This document shows, one piece after another, positions 17,865 to 25,143 of a DNA stretch of 32,000 bases. The notes under the pieces are model-generated. The model was not told the origin of the DNA. It made no database searches and worked only from the letters and a program-made list of their open reading frames with translations. Location of the stretch: NCBI RefSeq assembly GCF_009831105.1, contig NZ_WUUQ01000006.1, positions 62,659 through 94,658 of the forward strand. The letters run 5' to 3'. The translations under genes were made by a program, and so were the position numbers. Every line of letters starts with the position of its first letter. The stretch's first letter is position 1. Origin of the DNA: Copranaerobaculum intestinale (lineage in GTDB: Bacteria > Bacillota_I > Bacilli_A > Erysipelotrichales > Erysipelotrichaceae).

Positions 17865-18663
17865 TAGTAATGTCTGTGATAAAAAAATTCGTCGTAAGGT
17901 GTTCCTGCGTTGGTTCTTAAACGGTGAATCAGGCTGGAACTATGAAAAAATGCAGGGCTCTGGATACTGCTATTCTATGATGCCGGCATTAAAAGAAATC
18001 TATAAGGATGATCCGGATGCGCTTCAGGCTGCGGTAAAAAATCATCTTCAGTTCTTCAACACAACGCCGCATACAGCCAATATTATTTTAGGTGTCAACA
18101 TGGCGGTTGAACAAACCGTGAAACAGGACGGTAAAGATGCTATTGCCAGTATCAAAACCGGTCTGATGGGTCCGTTAGCCGGAGTTGGCGACTCCTTATT
18201 CGGAGTAATCATTGATACTGTATTAGGCTCTATCGCTGCTTATATGGCCCTGGAAGGCAATCCGATGGGATGTTTGATCTGGGTATTGGTCAGTGCGATC
18301 GGCATTACGGCACTGCGCTATGCTATGCTGGAAATCGGTTATAAGCAAGGTACCGATGTCGTTGCGAATATCTCTACTAAAATGAAAAAGATTACGGAAG
18401 CTGCCAGCATCCTCGGTCTGACGGTTGTCGGCGCTTTGATCCCTACCGTAGTCAATGCGAAGGTACCCTATGTATTTGAATGGGGAAAAGTAAAAATGCC
18501 GGTTCAGGATATGATCGATTCGATCATGCCAAACCTGCTTCCGGTACTGTTTGTCGTATTGATTTATTGGCTGCTGTCGAAAAAAGGAATGAATTCCACA
18601 AGAGTGATTATTTTCATTATCGTATTTGCGATTTTGTTCAACTTCTTAGGAATTCTTGGATAA
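17854..18663 (+). CDS. PTS mannose/sorbose-family EIID component
   Basis: The family-typical N-terminus (RKVFLRWFLNGESGWNYEKMQGSGYCYSM) matches the EIID RSxxxQxxxNYERMQ-type motif. The ATG at 17854 is 11 nt after GAAGGAGG and overlaps the EIIC stop. The ORF-track ATG at 17833 lies within the SD region. Confidence 0.9.
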   Translation: MMNNSNVCDKKIRRKVFLRWFLNGESGWNYEKMQGSGYCYSMMPALKEIYKDDPDALQAAVKNHLQFFNTTPHTANIILGVNMAVEQTVKQDGKDAIASIKTGLMGPLAGVGDSLFGVIIDTVLGSIAAYMALEGNPMGCLIWVLVSAIGITALRYAMLEIGYKQGTDVVANISTKMKKITEAASILGLTVVGALIPTVVNAKVPYVFEWGKVKMPVQDMIDSIMPNLLPVLFVVLIYWLLSKKGMNSTRVIIFIIVFAILFNFLGILG

Positions 18664-18666
18664 TGT

Positions 18667-19146
18667 ATGGAAGGTATCGTACACGTAAGAATTGATGACC
18701 GTCTGCTGCATGGACAAGTCTGTGCCTTTTGGTCAAATGCCCTTAAGTTAACAAGAATTATGGTGGCAAATGATGAGGTTGCCGTCGATGAAATGCAGAA
18801 GTCGGTACTGCGCATGGCGGCGCCTGCCGGCGTCCGTACATCCTTGATTTCACTGGAAAAAGCTTCTGCCAACATTCTGGCGGAGAAATACAAGGGACAG
18901 CGCGTACTGCTGATTTTAAAAAGCCCGAAAGATGCTTTGCGCTTAATCGAGATGGGTTTGCCGATCAAGTCGCTCAATGTCGGCAATATGGCAAACCGCC
19001 CGGATACGACCCAGTATAAACGTTCTATCTCACTGACAAAATCGGAATACGATGACTTCATGAAACTGCATGAGCTGGGAGTTCAAATGACGGCACAGAT
19101 GGTTCCAGAGGAAGCGGTCAGTGATCTGATGGAGTTCCTGAAATAA
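18667..19146 (+). CDS. PTS mannose/sorbose-family EIIB component
   Basis: VRIDDRLLHGQV carries the phospho-His15 of the IIB(Man/Lev) family. 159 aa. The start is 3 nt after the EIID stop. Confidence 0.9.
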   Translation: MEGIVHVRIDDRLLHGQVCAFWSNALKLTRIMVANDEVAVDEMQKSVLRMAAPAGVRTSLISLEKASANILAEKYKGQRVLLILKSPKDALRLIEMGLPIKSLNVGNMANRPDTTQYKRSISLTKSEYDDFMKLHELGVQMTAQMVPEEAVSDLMEFLK

Positions 19147-19163
19147 AAAAGAAAGGAAAGATC

Positions 19164-19877
19164 ATGAGAAATATCGGAAAACAATTTAATGATGCAATTA
19201 TCAACTGTTTGGAGCATATCGCTGACGGACAGGAAGAAGCAATCGCAAAAGCGGCGGAAATCATCGCCGATACGATTGAAAACGGGGGCATTGTGCAGTC
19301 GTTTGGTTCGGGACACAGCTATGGCAATGCGCTGGAGATCAGCGGCCGTGCCGGCGGTTTCATCCAGACGAAAATTATCAATGAGCCGTCCCGCGGAAAC
19401 TATGAGATGATCGAAGGAGTCGGTACGATTTTTATGAACCATCTCGATCTGCAGGTACAGGACTGCTTGATTATCATTTCCAATTCCGGACGTAATCCGT
19501 TGGGGATTGAAATGGCAATGGCGGCGAAAAAAATGGGCGTCAAGCTGATCGTCGTCACTGCTTATGATGTTGCTTCCCATTCAACATCCCGCCATTCAAG
19601 CGGTAAAATGCTGCATGAATTTGCGGATGTTATTCTGGATAACAAGTCAATTTTCGGGGATGCCTGCATCGAAGTAGCGGGACTGCCGGTGAAAGTCGGA
19701 GGTACTTCGCTGTATACCGGAAGCATGCTGTTAGACCGGGCAACGATGGATGCGATTGATATCCTGCTGGAACGAGGTGTGACACCGCCGCTGTTTATGA
19801 GTGCCAATGTGGATGGCGGACCGCAGTTCAACCAGAAATATCTGGATATGTATAAAGATCGTCTTCGCCGTTATTAA
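19164..19877 (+). CDS. SIS (sugar isomerase) domain protein, UPF0309-like, function unknown
   Basis: GGIVQSFGSGHSY...RAGG...LIIISNSGRNPLGIEMA...SRHSSGKMLHEFADVILDN matches the single-SIS UPF0309 pattern as I remember it. AGGAAAG is upstream. It is the last gene before the operon terminator. Confidence 0.75.
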   Translation: MRNIGKQFNDAIINCLEHIADGQEEAIAKAAEIIADTIENGGIVQSFGSGHSYGNALEISGRAGGFIQTKIINEPSRGNYEMIEGVGTIFMNHLDLQVQDCLIIISNSGRNPLGIEMAMAAKKMGVKLIVVTAYDVASHSTSRHSSGKMLHEFADVILDNKSIFGDACIEVAGLPVKVGGTSLYTGSMLLDRATMDAIDILLERGVTPPLFMSANVDGGPQFNQKYLDMYKDRLRRY

Positions 19878-19883
19878 AGGATC

Positions 19884-19910
19884 AAGAGGAACGGGAGTTC
19901 CTCTTTCTTT
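19884..19910 (+). terminator. Rho-independent terminator of the PTS-SIS operon
   Basis: AAGAGGAAC-ggga-GTTCCTCTT followed by TCTTTT. Confidence 0.75.
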
Positions 19911-20097
19911 TACCCTATTATGAAGTAGGAAATAGCTGAAAAGCTTCATGATATGATTAGCTATGACGATCATAAAGGGCGAATGATTCAACCTTTTTAT
20001 GAATTGAGCATGCTGAACATATTGTGCCGGGATGCGTACCGCATGGTATATACACGGGATAAGTAATGAATATTCATTAGGAAAGAAGGTTAACGAC

Positions 20098-20841
20098 ATG
20101 AAAGAAAAAATAATTGAAATTTGCTGCGTGAATTATAAAGACTGCATCCATGCTGAAATGTGCGGAGCGGATCGCATTGAATTGTGCGCATCCATGGCGG
20201 CCGGCGGACTGACCCCGTCGCTGGGTGTATTTCAAATGGTAAAGGAGCATGTCCATATCCCAGTCATGGTCATGATTCGTCCCCGCGGTGCTGGCTTCTG
20301 TTATCATGATTATGAGTTTGAGATCATGAAAAGGGATACGGAAATTTTTTTAAGCAATGGCGCCGAAGGGTGTGTCTTCGGTATCCTGAATGCGGATAAG
20401 ACAGTTGATCTGACACGTACTGAGGAACTTGCGGCAATCATTCATAAATACGGAAAGGAAGCGGTATTTCACCGTGCCTTTGATGAATGCCCAAATAAAG
20501 AACAAGCCATTCAGGAATTGATCGCATGCGGAATCGATCGGATCCTAACTGCGGGCGGTCAGGGAAATGCGGATGAGCATCTGGATGACTTAAAGCGCTG
20601 GCAGGATACATATGGTGAACAGATACAGCTTCAGGTATGCGGCAGTATCCGCAGTCATAATGCCATGTCTATTATGAAGCAAATTGGCTTTGATCAAGTT
20701 CATTCCGCCTGCCGCAGCTTTCATCAGGACGCCAGCGATGAACCGGCACAGAATTTGGGTTATCACAATGCGTATGATTGTGTCGATGAAACAGAATGCC
20801 GGCGTTTTGTGGACAGCCTGCGTAAGTCATGCGGTTGTTAA
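20098..20841 (+). CDS. cutC: CutC family protein (TIM-barrel; annotated 'copper homeostasis', true function unclear)
   Basis: IEICCVNYKDCIHAEMCGADRIELCASMAAGGLTPSLG matches the CutC N-terminal motif. About 247 aa from the ATG at 20098 (GAAAGAAGG upstream). The ORF-track start at 20032 adds 22 non-conserved residues. Confidence 0.8.
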   Translation: MKEKIIEICCVNYKDCIHAEMCGADRIELCASMAAGGLTPSLGVFQMVKEHVHIPVMVMIRPRGAGFCYHDYEFEIMKRDTEIFLSNGAEGCVFGILNADKTVDLTRTEELAAIIHKYGKEAVFHRAFDECPNKEQAIQELIACGIDRILTAGGQGNADEHLDDLKRWQDTYGEQIQLQVCGSIRSHNAMSIMKQIGFDQVHSACRSFHQDASDEPAQNLGYHNAYDCVDETECRRFVDSLRKSCGC

Positions 20842-20866
20842 GCGGTTTTTCTCATACCTCATGTTA

Positions 20867-20875
20867 TGATATAAT
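20867..20875 (+). promoter_or_regulatory. Extended -10 element (TGaTATAAT) upstream of the DeoR regulator gene
   Basis: TG-a-TATAAT at 20867-20875. The -35 region is poor (TTTTCT). It would give a very short leader before GAGGTGA and the ATG at 20893. Confidence 0.3.
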
Positions 20876-20892
20876 ACAAGCGAGGTGATAGC

Positions 20893-21687
20893 ATGCAGGC
20901 AGCACAGCGGCGAATGGAAATTTTTGATGATCTGCAGCGTAATAAAACGGTGGAGGTCAATGCTTTAGCGAATCATTACAAGGTGACACCGATGACCATT
21001 CGCCGGGATTTGGCAATTTTTCAGAAACAGGGATTGGTCACAACCACATACGGCGGCGCTTATCTAAATCAGGGTGCAGCCGTGGAGCCTAATTTTGCCT
21101 TAAAGAGCTCCCAGATGAAAGAGGGTAAGCAGTTGATCGCAAGAAGGGCGGCGTCTTTGGTGAATGAGGGGGAAACCGTTATCATCGACTGCGGTTCCAC
21201 TGCTTATGAGCTGGCAAAGTATATAGCGCATATGAATATAACGGTCATAACCAATTCACTGCCGGTCATGAATATCCTAAAGGATCATGAATCAATTAAG
21301 CTGATCATGGCTCCGGGACAATATAATCATGTATCTGCCGGTGCACTCAGCACATACACGCTAAGCTTTTATCAGGAGCTTCATGCGGACAAGGTCTTTA
21401 TGTCCACACAGGGCTTTGATGAGCGCATCGGACTGAGCGTTCCGGATATGGAAGACGCGGCTGTAAAAAAAGCTATTCTGCAGGCAGCTCGGGAGAAAAT
21501 TTTGTTAGCGGATATGTCTAAGTATAAACGGGAATATCTGGCAGTACACGCACAGCTGGAAGACTTCTCGATCATTGTGAATGACGGGAAATTTCCAATC
21601 GATGTTCAGCAGCGGCTGGAAGCAAAAAATATCCGCGTATACACCGTTGACCCTGATCATGATATGATCGGACTTTCATCTCGATGA
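20893..21687 (+). CDS. DeoR/GlpR family transcriptional repressor
   Basis: N-terminal HTH (RRMEIFDDLQRNKTVEVNALANHYKVTPMTIRRDL) plus a DeoR C-terminal sugar-phosphate sensor domain (VIIDCGSTAYELAKY, ITNSLPV, ADKVFMSTQG). Confidence 0.9.
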   Translation: MQAAQRRMEIFDDLQRNKTVEVNALANHYKVTPMTIRRDLAIFQKQGLVTTTYGGAYLNQGAAVEPNFALKSSQMKEGKQLIARRAASLVNEGETVIIDCGSTAYELAKYIAHMNITVITNSLPVMNILKDHESIKLIMAPGQYNHVSAGALSTYTLSFYQELHADKVFMSTQGFDERIGLSVPDMEDAAVKKAILQAAREKILLADMSKYKREYLAVHAQLEDFSIIVNDGKFPIDVQQRLEAKNIRVYTVDPDHDMIGLSSR

Positions 21688-21768
21688 TCATGAGGATCTT
21701 TTAAAGCAATAAATCCATGTAGTCTATATCACAGAATTATGATGACCAATTTGTAAAATAGCATAGTG

Positions 21769-21795
21769 AGCCGTTGAATCAAGACGGCTTTTTTA
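21769..21795 (+). terminator. Rho-independent terminator after the DeoR gene
   Basis: GAGCCGT-tgaatcaag-ACGGCTT followed by TTTTT. Confidence 0.55.
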
Positions 21796-21843
21796 ATGTT
21801 TTAGAAACCTGATGAATATACTGTGGTGAAAGATGAGGTATTC

Positions 21844-22917
21844 ATGGAAGATCGTAAAAAACTGCACATGCTGATCACTACCGCTTATCTGTTTGTGATC
21901 TTCTGCATTCTTTATATTGTGCTGCGTTATGGCATCTATTATTTTCTGCCGTTTCTGTTTGGTTTTCTCATTGCGTCCTGTTTGAAACCGGCAGTACGTA
22001 AGCTCTATCATATCACCCATATCAGCAAGCGTTTTTGGGGTATGGTATTGCTGCTGCTATTCTATGGCGTTACATTTTTTCTATTGGCTTTCGCCAGTGT
22101 CAAACTTTACGCATGGCTGAGAACCTTCATTCTTAATCTGCCATATCTTTACAGCCAACAGATTGAACCGCGAATGTTACTAGTCTTTGCTGCGATCAAT
22201 CATCAGATGGCTGATCTGGATCCCGATTTACTGCATACGCTGGATGAACTGGGAAGGGAAATCATGTTTTCTTTAGGGGATGTTTTATCTGCATTTTCAG
22301 GCAGTGCGCTTTTGGCATTATCGCAGTTTGTAACCACCCTTCCGGGCTTTTTCATGAACAGTATGATCATGATTCTTTCCTCGATCTTTTTCACCCTCGA
22401 TTATCAGCAGATCGTTAATTTTATCATGCGTCAAGGCTCTCAGCGGTTTCAGGATATTACTTTGGCAATACGGCGCTATCTCAGTGAGACCTGCAGCAGC
22501 TATGTAAAAGCATATACAAAGATTATGCTTATTACCGCCTTGGAGCTGACTGTTGGTTTTACTGTTTTAAAGCTGCCGCATCCTTTGGGACTGGCTCTGG
22601 GCATTGCTCTTTTCGATGTATTGCCGGTGCTGGGCTGCGGCGGTATCTTGATTCCCTGGGTATTGGCGTGTTTCATATTGAATATGCGTAAGCTGGGGGT
22701 TGGACTGCTGATCCTGTATTTTATTGTAACGCTTGTCCGCAATATCATCGAACCTAAGATTGTCGGCAAACAGGTTGGTATCCATCCGCTGCTGATGCTG
22801 GCGGCAATGTTCATCGGTGCGAAATTCTTCGGCTTTCTGGGATTTCTGCTTCTTCCATTTTTTGTGAGTGTTGTGAAAAGCTTGAATGATCAGGGTTATA
22901 TTCATTTATTTCAGTAA
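21844..22917 (+). CDS. AI-2E family transporter / YtvI-like integral membrane protein
   Basis: About 357-aa polytopic membrane protein with PerM/YtvI-like organisation and the C-terminal motif NIIEPKIVGKQVGIHPLL. Start is uncertain: ATG at 21844 versus GTG at 21823. Confidence 0.75.
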   Translation: MEDRKKLHMLITTAYLFVIFCILYIVLRYGIYYFLPFLFGFLIASCLKPAVRKLYHITHISKRFWGMVLLLLFYGVTFFLLAFASVKLYAWLRTFILNLPYLYSQQIEPRMLLVFAAINHQMADLDPDLLHTLDELGREIMFSLGDVLSAFSGSALLALSQFVTTLPGFFMNSMIMILSSIFFTLDYQQIVNFIMRQGSQRFQDITLAIRRYLSETCSSYVKAYTKIMLITALELTVGFTVLKLPHPLGLALGIALFDVLPVLGCGGILIPWVLACFILNMRKLGVGLLILYFIVTLVRNIIEPKIVGKQVGIHPLLMLAAMFIGAKFFGFLGFLLLPFFVSVVKSLNDQGYIHLFQ

Positions 22918-22974
22918 GGATATGTTCACATCGACAGTCTCGTGATAAAATAACAGAAGAAAAGAGGGATCATC

Positions 22975-23835
22975 ATGAAATTGGAAAATGCGTTGTATGA
23001 AGTTACATTTACGTTAAAGGGCGCTGAAATTCAGAGCTTTACCGATAAGCGTACCGGCATCCAGTATATGTGGCAGGGCGATGAAAAGTTCTGGACCGGC
23101 AAAAATCCTACATTATTTCCGATCGTTGGTAATACATATACCAAGGATTATGAGATAAATGGAAAACGCTACGCGATGAAAAATCACGGTATCATCCGGA
23201 TCAGTACATTTACCTGTATTGAACAAAGCGATCATCGTATCGTATTTGAATTATGCGATAATGAAGAAACCAGAGCAGTGTATCCGTTCTCCTTCCGCTT
23301 CCATACCATTTATGAATTAAGTGATTGGGGTTTAACGATCAGCTATGAAATTACCAATACCGGTGAGACAGACATGCCGTTTAGCTTTGGTCTGCATCCG
23401 GGCTTTAACTGTCCGCTTATGGAAGGTGAATCATTCGAGGACTATCGGCTGGTATTTGATCATGAGGAGCATTTGAATCATTGGATCATGGATGAGACAG
23501 CAAAGAAGGGGGTACGGATAAAACCGATAACGGTCAAAGAAATTCCGCTTCGTTATGCGGAGATTGAAGCATATGAAACCCTGATGTATACCGGTATGAA
23601 AAGTAACACGGTTACCCTGCAAGGCAAGGAGCACGGGGTTCGTGTAGGCATTGCCGGCTATCCGATGCTGGCCTTCTGGACCTGTAAGCCGGGTGCGCCA
23701 TACCTATGCATTGAGCCATGGTATGGATACGGTGATTTCTATGCGACCGAGAAGGATTTTTATCATCGTGACGGCACAATGATCCTTTCCCCCCAAAAAC
23801 TGTTTACGACCTCCTACACAATTGAAGTGTTCTAA
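22975..23835 (+). CDS. Aldose 1-epimerase family protein (LacX/YihR-like)
   Basis: 286 aa. Mutarotase-fold motifs FPIVGN, KNHGIIR, FSFGLHPGFN and CIEPWYG. GAGGGA lies upstream. Confidence 0.8.
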   Translation: MKLENALYEVTFTLKGAEIQSFTDKRTGIQYMWQGDEKFWTGKNPTLFPIVGNTYTKDYEINGKRYAMKNHGIIRISTFTCIEQSDHRIVFELCDNEETRAVYPFSFRFHTIYELSDWGLTISYEITNTGETDMPFSFGLHPGFNCPLMEGESFEDYRLVFDHEEHLNHWIMDETAKKGVRIKPITVKEIPLRYAEIEAYETLMYTGMKSNTVTLQGKEHGVRVGIAGYPMLAFWTCKPGAPYLCIEPWYGYGDFYATEKDFYHRDGTMILSPQKLFTTSYTIEVF

Positions 23836-23858
23836 TACTCCTGAGGGAGTATTTTTTT
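23835..23858 (+). terminator. Rho-independent terminator
   Basis: ATACTCC-tgag-GGAGTAT followed by TTTTTT, starting at the stop codon of the epimerase gene. Confidence 0.7.
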
Positions 23859-24114
23859 CTTTCAAAAGGACTGGAGAGGTGATTGCATCGGCCTACATGA
23901 AGAATCCCAAATATAAAAGCGATCAAAAGGCCGAAGAAGCCGCGTAATGCAAAAGATATGTTCAACTAGCATCAAGTGATTATTCTTTATATGGATTATG
24001 GAAATCAAGTTGGCTTGTTTTCACATTTTCGGCTCTCGTTAGTTTATGAGAACAAGACAGTATCAATCCCCTGAAAATGCGAGGTTTAAAGCCTTTATTT
24101 TGACCGGTCTTACA

Positions 24115-24143
24115 TTGCATTGAAGGGCGCTTCGTGCTATGAT
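24115..24143 (+). promoter_or_regulatory. Candidate sigmaA promoter of nagB
   Basis: TTGCAT (24115-24120), 17 nt, then TGc-TATGAT (TATGAT at 24138-24143). The 8-bp palindrome GACCGGTC (24102-24109) lies just upstream of the -35. Confidence 0.45.
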
Positions 24144-24170
24144 TATATGGTAAAATTAGGAGGACATTTT

Positions 24171-24890
24171 ATGCATGTAATCATTGTTAAGAATTACGAT
24201 GAGGTTAGTGAAAAAGCATTTGAAGTAATGAAGGAAATTGTTACATCTAAACCAAACGCAGTGCTTGGATTGGCAACTGGATCGAGTCCGATCGGTCTTT
24301 ATCAGAATATGATTAAGGATCACAAAGATAACGGCACCAGCTATGCTGCAGTTCAGTCATTCAATCTGGATGAATATGTAGCGCTGCCGCGTGATCATGA
24401 GCAGTCATACTGGACATTTATGCATGAGAACCTATTTAAAGGAATTGATATCAAAGAAGAAAATGTACATGTACCTTATGGAAGTACTAAGGAAGACTGC
24501 GAAGCTTATGAAAAAGCTATGGAAAACGTGAGTGTTGATGTACAGGTGCTGGGAATCGGCGCAAACGGTCATATTGGTTTTAATGAACCGGGTACTTCCT
24601 TTGATGAAGAAACGCACATCGTTACTTTGACAGAGAAAACACGTCAGGACAATGCTCGTTTCTTTGAAAATGATATGAATAAGGTTCCGACTCATGCGAT
24701 CACCATGGGGATTGCGACGATTATGAAAGCAAAGAAAATCCTGATGGTTGCGACTGGTGAAAATAAAGCAGATGCAGTGAAAGCAATGATTGAAGGCAAG
24801 CCTTCTATAGACTGTCCGGCATCCGTTCTGCAGAATCATAGCGATGTTGTGGTTATCCTGGATGAAGCAGCTGCTTCCAAGCTTCAGTAA
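24171..24890 (+). CDS. nagB: Glucosamine-6-phosphate deaminase
   Basis: MHVIIVKNYDEVSEKA...GLATGSSPIGLYQ...NLDEYV...GIGANGHIGFNEPG is a classic NagB sequence. TAGGAGGA lies 6 nt before the ATG at 24171. The ORF-track start at 24120 is a TTG upstream of the SD. Confidence 0.93.
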   Translation: MHVIIVKNYDEVSEKAFEVMKEIVTSKPNAVLGLATGSSPIGLYQNMIKDHKDNGTSYAAVQSFNLDEYVALPRDHEQSYWTFMHENLFKGIDIKEENVHVPYGSTKEDCEAYEKAMENVSVDVQVLGIGANGHIGFNEPGTSFDEETHIVTLTEKTRQDNARFFENDMNKVPTHAITMGIATIMKAKKILMVATGENKADAVKAMIEGKPSIDCPASVLQNHSDVVVILDEAAASKLQ

Positions 24891-24944
24891 GCTTTATGTA
24901 TTAAAGAAACAATTATTATCATAAAATTTATTTTATACCAAACG

Positions 24945-24980
24945 ATGGATGTTGCCGTTAAAAGGTACATCCATTTTTAT
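24945..24980 (+). terminator. Rho-independent terminator after nagB
   Basis: ATGGATGT-14 nt loop-ACATCCAT followed by TTTTT. Confidence 0.6.
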
Positions 24981-25143
24981 CTGCATTCTGATGTTAGGAA
25001 GCTTTCGAAACGACACGGATCAATAAGCGGTCAGTTTGAAACGATTATGGAAGATGCTATCCTTTTTCAAACTTAAAAATGTAGGAAACGCGTGCTTTTC
25101 CCTTTCGTATCTTCTATAATATCTATAAAAGGAAGGTGTAAAA

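Noticed and set aside
18564-19580. Two 165-aa minus-strand ORFs (18564-19061 and 19083-19580) opposite EIIB and the SIS gene
   Set aside because: The plus-strand products carry diagnostic motifs (RIDDRLLHGQV; the SIS motifs). The antisense ORFs lack SD sequences and look compositionally random.
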